Shown here: one piece after another, positions 27,063 to 37,406 of the stretch
Layout of the letters: every line of letters starts with the position of its first letter
Numbering within the stretch: position 1 is the first letter of the stretch
Origin: Bdellovibrionota bacterium FG-2
Lineage (GTDB): Bacteria; Bdellovibrionota; UBA1018
DNA: 46,769 nucleotides
Reading direction: 5' to 3'
Assembly (NCBI GenBank): GCA_051382305.1
Contig: JBBCAV010000089.1
Coordinates: forward strand, 1-46,769
Program-made: the position numbers and the translations under genes
Notes under the pieces: generated by a model
The model's database searches: none
Seen by the model: the letters and a program-made list of their open reading frames with translations, nothing else
What the model was told of the DNA's origin: nothing

Positions 27063-28997
27063 TTATCGCGAAAATTCCACATCAAACGTCTCTTGCAGCC
27101 GCTTGCGCACCATGTAGTTCACGACAAAAGCCATGCAAGTCGGCGTAAAAGCTTTGATGCCATCAACAGCCTCACCCTCCTGGCCGGTCCGAATGGCCCG
27201 TGCCACTGCCGAAGAGTCAGCAATCGTGATTACTTTCGGAACCATTCCTGCTTTTTTGCTGTCAGCCATTCGCTTGAAAAACGAATCTATACGATCTCTG
27301 ATGAGTCCAAACTCTTTAGTCGTCACCGCGACATTCGGATCTGACTCGGTATTTTGCTCGTGAGTTCCATGAAGACCGTACTCGATTTCGTGTCCCTTGG
27401 TGCGCTCCCAAGAGATCGGCTCAACCAAGCCTCCACGACCTTCGGAAACGAAGACATCAAGATCGATATCCAATAGGTATCCGTTCTTTTTGTCCTGCGC
27501 CGGAAAATAGTCCGCAAGCGGCGCAGGAGGCGTGGATTTCTGTCTCACTTCAAACATCTGCTCGCCCTGAGAATTTTTGAATGTTTCCACTCGCTCCTCA
27601 TTGTTGCAGTCGACAATCTGAAAACGTGAGGGTGCTAGAACCTTCACGTTGCCTACTTGCACGTCCGACGGCATGAAAGCCTCAATATTCCAATATCCCG
27701 CAGGCACGTCAGTTACCGACATTTCGAAACCCAACTCCCCGCGCCTTTCAACAAAATTAAGCGCAAGGGGCGCAGGCTTACTCGTCCCATCGGCCTGCTT
27801 TACGTATTGAGTTCGAGGCAGCTCCTTAGACCAAGGAGGCATACACATTATGAAGTCTCCACTAGAAACCCCGGTGGCCTGCGAAGCTGCAAGGGGTTGA
27901 GCAATGTGGTGGACCGTCTTGCGGATTTGCATTTCGAGCTCTTGGCGAATTTCAGCCTCGGGCTGCGCCGCAATTCGCGCTACGAGACTTTGTTTTTCAG
28001 GAGCAGTCAAGACGGAACTCGCGTTAACTTTCTGAACGAGAAACCGAGACATCTCGCCTGCGGGCTTAAGGAGCGCCTCATGCGTGCCCTTAAAATCCAG
28101 TGCATGAGAAGACCAGTGTCCATGGGTATGAGTATGGACTTCTCCCATATCCGTATGGGTATCGGCATGAAAAATCGTCAAACCTTCAAGCGGAACATTG
28201 CCCTTCTGCTGCTCCTTTGCCCAGTAGTAGTACGACGCATTGTGATCATTCACATTATAGACCGGAATCTTCTTCGTTGCGGCGGTCAATTGCGAGCGGT
28301 TTTCCCCATCGTAAAAAGACGACCACACCGAATAGGCGTTCCGCAAAACGGCGCAGTCTTCGTCGGTAAGATTGGGCTTTTTCCAGAAGTGATCAAATAG
28401 GTCCTCGAAAAAACCCGAGAAAGTCCCTTTCATCTTAGAATTTTGAAGAGGAGACGAAGTCGAAAGACATTGTGAGACCTTTTCAAGCCCACGCAAAAGG
28501 GCTTGGTTTTTTGCGTCCTTTGCAAGATTGCGGGTCGCCTTTGCCAAGTCCTGCCTAAAAATACAAAACTCAGAATCTCGGGCGGATCCAAAATATTTGT
28601 CGTAGACGCCCTGTAATTCCTTTTTGATCTCAAGGAATTCTCGTTGATCCTTAACCGCCGTTTCAGAAACCAGCTTCTCCTGCCAAGTTTTCAGAGACTT
28701 AAGAACATACTTAGCGTTAATCATCCGATCTTTGTGCGCTTGAATGTCCAGTGGATCGTCCGAACATGGCAATCGCGAACCATGAACGCTTTCAAAACTC
28801 TTCAATTCGCTTGCGATTTGGTCGCGATACTCCTGCGAGTTGAAGACGGAGACTACGCGAGCGTTCGAATCGTAACCCAAAGGTTCAGAAGCAAAAGCAA
28901 AGTTCTCTATGGCTGCGAAATGCGCGGCAAGAGCCAACGACAAAATAAAAATGTACCTAAAACTCAAACGCAAGAATAGCCCCCAATGCTCTTCCAA
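27063..28997 (-). CDS. Secreted protein with UPF0489/arginase-deacetylase-like metal-binding domain
   Basis: Signal peptide; VNDHN..YYYW, FHADTHTDM, LLDIDLDVF motifs. Confidence 0.6.
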   Translation of the reverse strand: MEEHWGLFLRLSFRYIFILSLALAAHFAAIENFAFASEPLGYDSNARVVSVFNSQEYRDQIASELKSFESVHGSRLPCSDDPLDIQAHKDRMINAKYVLKSLKTWQEKLVSETAVKDQREFLEIKKELQGVYDKYFGSARDSEFCIFRQDLAKATRNLAKDAKNQALLRGLEKVSQCLSTSSPLQNSKMKGTFSGFFEDLFDHFWKKPNLTDEDCAVLRNAYSVWSSFYDGENRSQLTAATKKIPVYNVNDHNASYYYWAKEQQKGNVPLEGLTIFHADTHTDMGEVHTHTHGHWSSHALDFKGTHEALLKPAGEMSRFLVQKVNASSVLTAPEKQSLVARIAAQPEAEIRQELEMQIRKTVHHIAQPLAASQATGVSSGDFIMCMPPWSKELPRTQYVKQADGTSKPAPLALNFVERRGELGFEMSVTDVPAGYWNIEAFMPSDVQVGNVKVLAPSRFQIVDCNNEERVETFKNSQGEQMFEVRQKSTPPAPLADYFPAQDKKNGYLLDIDLDVFVSEGRGGLVEPISWERTKGHEIEYGLHGTHEQNTESDPNVAVTTKEFGLIRDRIDSFFKRMADSKKAGMVPKVITIADSSAVARAIRTGQEGEAVDGIKAFTPTCMAFVVNYMVRKRLQETFDVEFSR

Positions 28998-29066
28998 GTT
29001 TACAGGAGAAACTTGGGGGCCTCAATGACAGTATTTTGACAGCTGAATCCATGATAGACAACCTTT

Positions 29067-29315
29067 ATGAGCATGAAAAACAAGAAGGGCGCCCCCACCG
29101 TTCCGACACTCGACCTCCACGGGTTTCTCGTCGACGAAGTGTACGATGCGATCGATCACTTTTTGCGAGACTCCGAACGAAAGGGCCACGCGCGCGTTCG
29201 CATCATTACCGGCAAAGGCAGCGGCAAGGTCCGAGCAGAAACTCTAAGCTACCTCAAGACCGCACATTATAATCCCCAGCAGGAAAACGAGGGGTCATTT
29301 TTGGTGGTGCTGTAA
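29067..29315 (+). CDS. Smr/MutS2 C-terminal domain protein
   Basis: TLDLHG, RIITGKGSG, NEGSFLV. Confidence 0.9.
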   Translation: MSMKNKKGAPTVPTLDLHGFLVDEVYDAIDHFLRDSERKGHARVRIITGKGSGKVRAETLSYLKTAHYNPQQENEGSFLVVL

Positions 29316-29323
29316 GCCCCCCC

Positions 29324-29917
29324 TTATCTAATCCCCCCAAACAAAATACGTCCCTCAAGCAACCCCTGCCGCACCGACTTCAACCGATTCTGCACAAGAG
29401 GCAGTGAGAATAGGCCATCCACAGGATCGAAAAACCGAGGCGAAAGAAGCGAAAGCGTTAGAATCAACTCCTCGCGCGGAGTCTGCAGCTCGCCAAAGAG
29501 GCTTTCCATCCATTCGACCCTCTCAAAAAGCCCCGAAGCCAGCCCCTCGCGATAAACCGACACAGTGATGGCCCACGCGCGCACTTCCGTCAACAAGCCC
29601 CGATGCAAGCCAGCGATTAACCAAGAATCGAGCGTGATGAGATCAAGAGCCGGAAGCTCCAAAGGCGACTCATACTGGTGTCCCCACTTCGCAATCATCG
29701 CCACCGTATTATCATTGTTATAGACTGGCAAAGCCGCTGCGAGATCACTGTCCACGGCATGGGCCAACTCATGACAAAGCACCAACAGCCATTGACTGCC
29801 CCGAATGAGCCCCAGGTCCATAAAAATGGAGTGATTAGCCCGGTGAAAACCACCAGGGTTGCCCGTGGGATTGCTCTCGTCGTGATGAACGATGATGGGA
29901 TGAAGCGCGCGTGTTGA
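29324..29917 (-). pseudogene. 5'-truncated HExxH protein
   Basis: HELAH. The frame stays open upstream of ATG 29821 to a TAA at about 29918 with no start or RBS, and abuts the opposite-strand fragment. Confidence 0.5.
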
Positions 29918-30900
29918 TTAATGAAAACATCGCCACAGCGAGAAAGGACGGCGCACGCCTTTTACTTGTGAACAGCCTCGAATGCCGCACTCACCTTGAG
30001 TATATGTCGGGAGACTTGAAGGCCGCGCAAGGCGCGCTTGCGACAACTCAAGCCGTAGCACTTGATCCATCCTCCCCTCTGCGCGATGTATTCTTTGTCG
30101 AAAAATGGCGCATTCTAATCGCTTACCGCGCAAAGCCCTCCATTCACTGGCTCCGAGAAGCTCGCGCGCTCCAAAGCCTCGCTCGCGACCATCGAGATTT
30201 CGAGACAGCACGGGCCATTGATTTTCACTTAGGCAGAGAGCTCAAAGATCCCAAGCGTCTCACTCAAGTCTACTATGGATCACCCTTTCCCTCTTACCGC
30301 CGCCGCATCGAAGAAACCGCAAAAGGAATAGGAATTGAAATTCCTGACACTTACCTCTGGCAGCCCTCGCCTTCTGGACGATTCCCATCGCCTCCGGTCG
30401 ATATCACTCATGCGGCGCCACTTCGCGGATTGATTCCCAAGCTTTTAAATGCGCTTTGCGCCGATCATTATCGGCCACAGCCGCTGCTGGCTCTGCACGA
30501 AAGACTTTATCCCGGGAACCATTTTAGCCCCACTAGTTCACGAGATCAGATGCATCAGGCGTTTAAGCGATTGCGCGGCTATCTCTCGTCTCATTCGCTT
30601 GCACTAGATATTCACGAACGCAAGGGGACCTATAGTCTTGCGGGAGCACAGCGCCTCATTTTACATCGAAGGAGTGATGCGGACGCCCGCATCCGAGTTG
30701 CGCGAAAACGGCTGGGTGATCACGAGGAATTCGCGTCGAGCCTTTTTGCCTCACGCATGAACATTTCAAAACCCACGGCCGTTTCGATCCTTCGTGAATG
30801 GACAAGTGCCGGAGCAGTGACCCGCGCAGGAGCGGGGCCGGGAACGAAGTACAAGTTTGTGACGCAGACACTCCTGTCGCGATACAGGTCTTTTAACTAA
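29911..30900 (+). pseudogene. N-terminally truncated TPR + winged-HTH regulator-like protein
   Basis: Begins mid-helix with no RBS or promoter space; C-terminal wHTH (ISKPTAVSILREW...GAGPGTKY). Confidence 0.55.
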
Positions 30901-31367
30901 AGCCGAATCAGTATCCCCATATCTCCGATCACAAATTCTTTGTTTCCACGCGCTGAACCCATGAGTCCCCAAGACTCATCAAGATTAAGGCTCACCCTTG
31001 CTCCCAAATGTGGCGAAATTCGAATCTCGTCTCTCACAAAAGAACTGATTCCCATCAGCCCCTATTTTCCGGATTGAGCATCCCTGTCCCCTGTTCAAAA
31101 GCCGGAAAGTCCAGCAGCACAGAACCCATTAAGCGAAACCTTCTGAATTCAGGCAGCTTCTCTCCTGGCCCATCCACCTTGGCGAGTGTCGAGCTTGAAA
31201 CAGGGGCCGAAGCAAGAGTCGTCGTGAGCGTTGGGGTCCCACTCGCAGGCGCTTTGCATTCTCCACTCACCGAAACACTCGGCGTTGCCGTACTGTTATC
31301 GCCCTGCTCGGTGCCGTTAAAATTAAAATTGTAAGTCGCGCCCTTCCTGAGTTGCGAAATCCACTTC
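30898..31367 (-). pseudogene. Frameshifted remnant of an exported/outer-membrane protein
   Basis: Open frame without start 31367-31058, shifting to GLMGISSF...GDMGILIRL* (alternating beta-strand-like C-terminus). Confidence 0.4.
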
Positions 31368-31385
31368 TAGCTGCGAAAATAGCGC

Positions 31386-32396
31386 ATGTCTCAATCTTCA
31401 AAACGTGCGCTGGTCTTGGGCGGAACCAAATTCTTTGGACGCCATCTCGTGCGTAGCCTGCTGGATCAAGGTATCGAAGTCACTCTTGCCACTCGGGGGA
31501 TCACGCCCGATCCATTCACAGGCAGAGTTCAGCACCTAAAAGTCGAGCGAACGGATCGCAGATCTTTGGAAAATGCATTGCGCGGTACGAGCTGGGACCT
31601 CGTATATGATCAGATCTGCTATTCACCCGATGCAGCCACCCTCGCTTGCGAAACACTCAAAGGCCGTGGCGGGCGATACCTCCTCACGTCCACTCAATCG
31701 GTCTATACAAAAAGTGGCACCGTCACAGAAGAAGACTACGAGCCCTGTCACTATCCTGTCCGCATGGGATCCTATAAAGAACTGGACTATGGCGAAGGCA
31801 AGAGACTAGCCGAAGCGGTGTTTTTCCAGCGCGCTGCTTTTCCAGTTGCTGCCATTCGGTTTCCCTATGTGCTCGGCATGGATGACTACACGGAACGTCT
31901 CAAGTTTCATGTTGACCGCATTAAGGCGGGAAAGCCTATTGGAATTCAAAATCTTGATGCTCAAATACCCGTTATTCAATCTACCGAAGCAGGTCAGTTT
32001 CCTTCGGGGTTAAGCTTCGGCACTGCCATCGCTTTGGTGCGCACCCCTGGAAATACTGCAGAGCGGGGCTTTTTCGCGGCGAGTATCCTGACGATTGCGG
32101 CCCCAATTGCTGGCCTCATCCTGCTAGAGCAAAATGGAAATTCCGGCCTTTCATTTTCGCCACTTTCTTTTGAACAGGCAACGGGCCTTGGCGTTTCTCC
32201 GGAAACCGCTGCCATTTACAATGCGGAGATCGAAGAGCTCAACGCTGTAGCAGATTCGGTAAACTCCGAACTGACGACAAATACAAATCCCACCATCGAA
32301 CTTTCTGCAACTCTGTGGAATCAGTATAGACCTACCCTCAGCCCTGAGACTGCCGAAGTGGCAGGAAAAGTCCTCACCGCAAACTTCTCAGACTGA
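31386..32396 (+). CDS. NAD-dependent epimerase/dehydratase N-terminal part fused to an unrelated C-terminus (probable chimera)
   Basis: GGTKFFG, YDQICY, YGEGK; family-like sequence stops at EAGQF (about 32000). Confidence 0.65.
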   Translation: MSQSSKRALVLGGTKFFGRHLVRSLLDQGIEVTLATRGITPDPFTGRVQHLKVERTDRRSLENALRGTSWDLVYDQICYSPDAATLACETLKGRGGRYLLTSTQSVYTKSGTVTEEDYEPCHYPVRMGSYKELDYGEGKRLAEAVFFQRAAFPVAAIRFPYVLGMDDYTERLKFHVDRIKAGKPIGIQNLDAQIPVIQSTEAGQFPSGLSFGTAIALVRTPGNTAERGFFAASILTIAAPIAGLILLEQNGNSGLSFSPLSFEQATGLGVSPETAAIYNAEIEELNAVADSVNSELTTNTNPTIELSATLWNQYRPTLSPETAEVAGKVLTANFSD

Positions 32397-32435
32397 CAAT
32401 CTCCCCGCTCCAACCGTTACAACATGAAGCGGAAC

Positions 32436-33578
32436 TTAAAACAGACTCACCCTTTGCATAAATATCGAATCAAAGTTTTCAGGAGAGCCATATTCAATTC
32501 CCCCATCGTTCGTTTCAAGATCAGCGACCAGTTCCCACTGAGGCGCGAGCCACCCTTTCTTCTTATAGAGCTGGACATGGATATTTCCCTTTAAGGTTTC
32601 ATAATCATAAAACCACTGACCTTGGGGGGTCATAAACGGCAAGTTCATAAACTCGCTTTTGGGGGCATGAGCGGATATCACAATCCTCTGACCCTCGCGA
32701 TTTTCACCAACAACTTCCCACTTTCCAAAGTTGATGTCGGCCTTCACTTTGTCACCATCATTGGGCCGAAACGTGTACTCAATGCCCTCATGGCGAAAGC
32801 CCACAATGACAGAACTCAAAAGCTCAACGTGATTGAAAATTTTCGGCCGCCCTCCTCCAGCCGTAAGCACGGTGCCTGGAGAATCTTTAAAATGATTGGA
32901 AACGAGCCAAGTCCACCACTTGGGAAAACTACGACCCCAATTGCGGTCTTGATAAGCGGGAGCGTGATCTAACTCCACTCGGCGAGCGACCTGCCCCTCC
33001 TGTGCGATCTCAACCCAACCGCTCATCACGGCACTCGCCTGCGCGGGGTACCAAAAAATGTTGCTCACCCAATCGTGAAACATCCCCCACCCCATGGCGT
33101 TGAAGCTCCACTCACGCTCCATCGTCAGGCTCCACTTCGCTGCGACTTTCGCCTCTGCGTCCACTATGGTGCCCTGAAGATCGTGATCTGTGGCCGTGTT
33201 TTGGCCCACTTGAATAAAGGTCCGGTCATAAGCGGCGCTAAAGTCACGGGGATTAAATTTCTCTTCACCTATGATCTTGGAAGAGAAGTCACCAAAACCC
33301 ACGTAAGAGCGCGACGCAGGATTCGACGGGGCGGCGCCCTCTACGTCCCAGGGATTGACCACCCCGTAGACAAAGTAAAAAGACTGATCAGTGTTAGGAA
33401 CAACGACTTTGTAATACCACCACTCATACCACTCGCCTTGATCGACTTTGCCGTTCCCGACGAGTGCGTTTTCGCGATTCCAAATGAGCGCGTTGTAGGG
33501 ATCGGCACTGTCATCCGCTTGGGCAGAATATACGGATAAAATAGCGAAGACTAACAGCGCCAAAAAAAGCTGTCGCAT
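32436..33578 (-). CDS. Secreted tocopherol cyclase-family protein
   Basis: WYEWWYYKV, YQDRNWGRSFPKWWTW, GGG motifs; signal peptide; GGGGGAG RBS. Confidence 0.8.
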   Translation of the reverse strand: MRQLFLALLVFAILSVYSAQADDSADPYNALIWNRENALVGNGKVDQGEWYEWWYYKVVVPNTDQSFYFVYGVVNPWDVEGAAPSNPASRSYVGFGDFSSKIIGEEKFNPRDFSAAYDRTFIQVGQNTATDHDLQGTIVDAEAKVAAKWSLTMEREWSFNAMGWGMFHDWVSNIFWYPAQASAVMSGWVEIAQEGQVARRVELDHAPAYQDRNWGRSFPKWWTWLVSNHFKDSPGTVLTAGGGRPKIFNHVELLSSVIVGFRHEGIEYTFRPNDGDKVKADINFGKWEVVGENREGQRIVISAHAPKSEFMNLPFMTPQGQWFYDYETLKGNIHVQLYKKKGWLAPQWELVADLETNDGGIEYGSPENFDSIFMQRVSLF

Positions 33579-33600
33579 TGGAACTCCCCCTTCATAAGGG

Positions 33601-34676
33601 TTATTCCACACAACCTAGGCAAAATAAAAGGTCGTATTTTTCGCCCGTTTTTTCATAACCACGCACTGCCCAATGAAAGCCGGTAAAGCGCACTTCCCAA
33701 AGTAAGGGGGTCTGTGTTGTTGGCTACCCAAAACACAAGATCGGTATCAGAAACCGGGTAGTTAGCTGACAGATGCAGCCAATAGGTCGCGCCCCTCTGA
33801 AACGTCAGCGGATTATCCAACACAAATATAGCGGAGCCCGCTGCCGCAGCGACACTTGTAGCTCAAGGTGGCCGTCGCGAGTGTCGCTCCATCAGGAGTA
33901 TTTGCAGCGTCTTTTTGGACACGGAGGGTCAATGTTCCGCTGGGATTACCTATCTTGCTCAGCTTCAGCTGAACGAGAGAGATACTGGTATCAAATGCCG
34001 CAACAAAAGATTGAGCGACGTCGCTTCCGCCCACAAACTTTAAGGGGTCGGTATTGGCCGCGGCGATTCCGATTTTGGAACTCCCATCGCCTTCGAAATT
34101 ATTAAGGAGACACTCTCCACAGCCCGCCATGAAAAGCAGATCCATAGAGGTGGACAGATTCAAGGACGTCCAATCATTGGGGGTTGAACTTTGAAAAAGC
34201 GCTCGCCCCTGTGAAAAAGGATTAGAACTGTTTCCCGCCCATTTGATGTGGTCCGCATCGGAAAGGGGATACGAAGAAGACAATCGCAGCCAATAACGAG
34301 TCCCGGCCTTCACCAAATAGGTCGCACTCCCGAGCGTCACGCCATCAGGAGCCCCATTGCCCGATCCACTGCTTCCCTGAACTTTCAAAGTCAGTAATCC
34401 GGAAGGTGCCCCAACTCGCAGTAAACCAAGTTGCACCATAGACAAAGCTGCATCGCTGGCCAAAACAAAAGATTGTGCAACCTCCGTCCCACCCGGAGTA
34501 AGCTCTAAAGTGCCCAGTGTCACACCCACCCCTGTTTCTGATTGCGTCACTCCAAGCAGACAGGAGCCCACATTCGAGGCGTCGGGCGCTGAGGACACCG
34601 TCGGGGTCACACTACAGTGAGCAAAGACGAGGACGAAAGAGACAATGGCTAAGGCCCATCGAGCAGATGCATTCAT
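33601..34676 (-). pseudogene. Lipoprotein with two tandem beta-sandwich repeats, twice frameshifted
   Basis: Repeats AQSF..VQL.L..G.PSG.LTL.VQ..PDG..L..AT..YWL.LS..YP.SD.D..W..N. Repeat 2 continues after shifts at about 33865 and 33655 to YDLLFCLGCVE*, matching repeat 1 end MDLLFMAGCGE. Confidence 0.75.
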
Positions 34677-34730
34677 ACTTTCTGGTCTATCGAAATAGGC
34701 AGTATCCTACAATTATATTCTACTCATTTC

Positions 34731-36362
34731 TCAATACTCTTCCATGTTGCTCACGGTGTTGACGAAAGTTGTCGTCGACTGAGAAAAACATAGCCCAGGA
34801 TCAATCGGATTCACCGAGGATCCAGGGCCACTTGAGCGAAGCTTTACGGTAGTACCGATATCACTCTGAAATATCGAGAGTCCCTCCATCTGCCTCGATT
34901 CAATGATCAATACTGCTTGGTCTTGGCTTATTGTGCCAAATTGAGTGACAAGGGAGACGAGCCTTTTCAAACGATCCATCTTAATCGACGTAATCGGATG
35001 AGAGAGGTAATTTACGAACTCAGCCACTCCCACGACCTTAATGTGATGCACGAGAGTGAAGCTATTATCGTCCTTGCGCTCAATCGATACACTCCCCGTA
35101 ATCGAGCTGTTATTGAGACTAATAGTCCTTTTAAGATATGCCTGACGTCCATCAGCACCTGTTAACTTCGGTAAGTCGGTGAGAAGCAAGTTGGGACGAC
35201 CGTTAATTCCCTTCATTGCGGCTGCCTCATCGAACACCAGCAGGGCTTGATCAATGCTGCTTTGAGGGACTCGAACGGGCGCATTCACAAACTCGCCCGT
35301 TGCTCCCACCGTGCCCAAATAGGACATTGTTTTATAGGTCCCCTGAAGAGCAAATCCCAGCGGGGGATACAAACCCACGCATGGCTCACTAATCATTGCA
35401 GAGAAGGGACACGCATCATTGTCGTCGCCAATGGGCGCGGCAATTTTATATTCCTCCATATTACTCACCGAAATGTTGTAGGTTTCGGATTGTTCACAAC
35501 CGATTGGATTGGGGTCCAGAGGTTCCTGCCAGGTACCGTGCCCCGATGACTTGAGAGTGGGCGAACTTGCGAGGTCTCCCTCGTTGAGAAACACGCCCTC
35601 CATCTGCGTGGCACGAACCACCAACACCGCGCTGTCATCGGTAACCGCAGAGAAGCTCTGAATAAGATTCCTCAGAGTCTTCAATTGCGCAATCTTCTGA
35701 GATGTCCCGACGTAGGAGGCCAAATACTTCGCAAAAGCGGAAACGCCCTGCGCCTTGATATAGTTGATTAATGTAAAAGTACCGTCTGAGTTGCGCTCAA
35801 TCATGAGGTTTCCCGTAAGCGTTCCACCCGGTGCGCCCGCGGCCCCAGCCTCAAGAATAATTTTGCGGCTCACATAGGCGAGGCGGCCTAAATCGCCTGA
35901 AATTTTTGGCAGATGCCCTAGAATCATTCGGGGTTCATGCTCAAGCCCCATCATTGAACGGGCTTCATCAAAAAGCGAAAGCACATCCGCCGCATCGGCT
36001 TGCGGGACCGCAACACTGGTAGGAGTAAAATCGCCCGAAACCGATCCCGTTCCAACAAAAGACTTCGTCTTAGCGGTAGCCTTAAGAATGAATCCACCCG
36101 CGGCTTTTACCGCGGCAGGGCCCGGACTAGCTGTGGCCGCTATTGGGGTCTCCTCGGCGATCGTGAGCGGAGTCGTTGTGTCGGGCGAAGTCGTCGTGGT
36201 CGTTGTTGTAGTCGTCGTCGTGGTTAACGCCGCGTCCGTCGCAGACATTTCTGCAGGAGCCTCACCACACCCGGAAGCAAGCGCTAAAACACTGCTCATC
36301 GCACACAGGGCAATGGCGCGGGTAACGCTGAGCGGACGACAAAACTTTTTGTAATTTCTCAT
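34731..36362 (-). CDS. Lipoprotein with poly-Thr linker and a duplicated ~200-aa unknown domain
   Basis: Lipobox LASGC, Thr run, two homologous halves both ending VSNMEEY. Confidence 0.8.
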   Translation of the reverse strand: MRNYKKFCRPLSVTRAIALCAMSSVLALASGCGEAPAEMSATDAALTTTTTTTTTTTTSPDTTTPLTIAEETPIAATASPGPAAVKAAGGFILKATAKTKSFVGTGSVSGDFTPTSVAVPQADAADVLSLFDEARSMMGLEHEPRMILGHLPKISGDLGRLAYVSRKIILEAGAAGAPGGTLTGNLMIERNSDGTFTLINYIKAQGVSAFAKYLASYVGTSQKIAQLKTLRNLIQSFSAVTDDSAVLVVRATQMEGVFLNEGDLASSPTLKSSGHGTWQEPLDPNPIGCEQSETYNISVSNMEEYKIAAPIGDDNDACPFSAMISEPCVGLYPPLGFALQGTYKTMSYLGTVGATGEFVNAPVRVPQSSIDQALLVFDEAAAMKGINGRPNLLLTDLPKLTGADGRQAYLKRTISLNNSSITGSVSIERKDDNSFTLVHHIKVVGVAEFVNYLSHPITSIKMDRLKRLVSLVTQFGTISQDQAVLIIESRQMEGLSIFQSDIGTTVKLRSSGPGSSVNPIDPGLCFSQSTTTFVNTVSNMEEY

Positions 36363-36389
36363 AATACTATTCCCTCACCTGCGCGATTT

Positions 36390-36405
36390 TGCACAATCGA
36401 GGCCA
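36390..36405 (-). promoter_or_regulatory. sigma54-like promoter
   Basis: TGGCCTCGATTGTGCA (GG-N10-GC), 28 nt upstream of ATG. Confidence 0.5.
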
Positions 36406-36604
36406 CCGGCCCAAAGATCAGCACTTATCGCCTATGTCACTGGATCTGTTCTAGATTATTCCGAGCTCAAGTCAGCGCGCCACTAACTGTGCTTTTCGGC
36501 AAATACGCGAAGAAATAGGCTAGTGACTAATGGTTTGACAGTCTCTCTTTACGGATTGAGCCCGCAGGGTTAGTATGAAACCAACAAAAGAAAAGGAAAC
36601 TCAA

Positions 36605-36955
36605 ATGACTCAAATTTCAGTGGCGGGAAAAGCGCTTTTTTTGGTCGGATCATTTTTTTCGCTAGCCTTTACGCCAGCGGCTTATGCAGATCCTGCGACG
36701 ACAACTCAAGCTCCAGATTTTTCAAAACACAAACAAGCGTTTATCGTTGAGCTAGACAGACACCTAACGGCACTTCAAACTGCGAAGAATTGCACCACGG
36801 CAGCCCAAGATCATGACGCACTCAAGAAGTGTCGCGACGAGCTCCACAAAACGCGCATGCAAATGCAATCTGAGATGAAAGACAAGCACAAACAGTCGCT
36901 CGACGCTCGAATTAAAAAACTCCAAGACGAAAAAGCTAAGATGGAACAACACTAA
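36605..36955 (+). CDS. Small secreted helical protein
   Basis: AAGGA RBS, signal peptide ending AYA, two Cys, coiled-coil C-terminus. Confidence 0.7.
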   Translation: MTQISVAGKALFLVGSFFSLAFTPAAYADPATTTQAPDFSKHKQAFIVELDRHLTALQTAKNCTTAAQDHDALKKCRDELHKTRMQMQSEMKDKHKQSLDARIKKLQDEKAKMEQH

Positions 36956-36969
36956 TGGCCACCCTATAA

Positions 36970-36985
36970 TGGCCAAGAGATTGCT
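36970..36985 (+). promoter_or_regulatory. sigma54-like promoter
   Basis: TGGCCAAGAGATTGCT. Confidence 0.5.
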
Positions 36986-36997
36986 AGAATAAATAGC

Positions 36998-37384
36998 ATG
37001 GCCCGAGCGATGGTTCGCACACTCTTAGCACTTCTAGTTTTTGGGACGTCTGCTCCAATAGGACACGCCCTCGGAGCGGTAGCGACCGGCCCACACGGGG
37101 GCCAGATCCTTTCAAACTCGCACTATAAATTCGAAGTCAAAGTGAATGGCAAAAGTCGAGAAGTTTTGGCTTACCTGCTCGAGTCAAAAAAAGACCCTCC
37201 GCAAAGTGTTTCCGTAGTGCTACGCAAAGAAGGCGGTGCGGGTCCAGAAATTCAGCTAGAGCCCGTCACGCCAATTCTCGAGCCCACGCCTCAGTATCTC
37301 GGCAGAGCGCCACAAGACCTGGGATCCTTCATCGGTGTCGCAATCAAAATCCACGTCGGCCGCGAAGTCGTGCAGATTCCTTAG
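36998..37384 (+). CDS. Secreted hypothetical protein with GPHGG motif
   Basis: Signal peptide; GPHGGQ motif as in small periplasmic metal-related proteins. Confidence 0.6.
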   Translation: MARAMVRTLLALLVFGTSAPIGHALGAVATGPHGGQILSNSHYKFEVKVNGKSREVLAYLLESKKDPPQSVSVVLRKEGGAGPEIQLEPVTPILEPTPQYLGRAPQDLGSFIGVAIKIHVGREVVQIP

Positions 37385-37406
37385 CCGTAGAGTGGAAAAA
37401 TCATCC

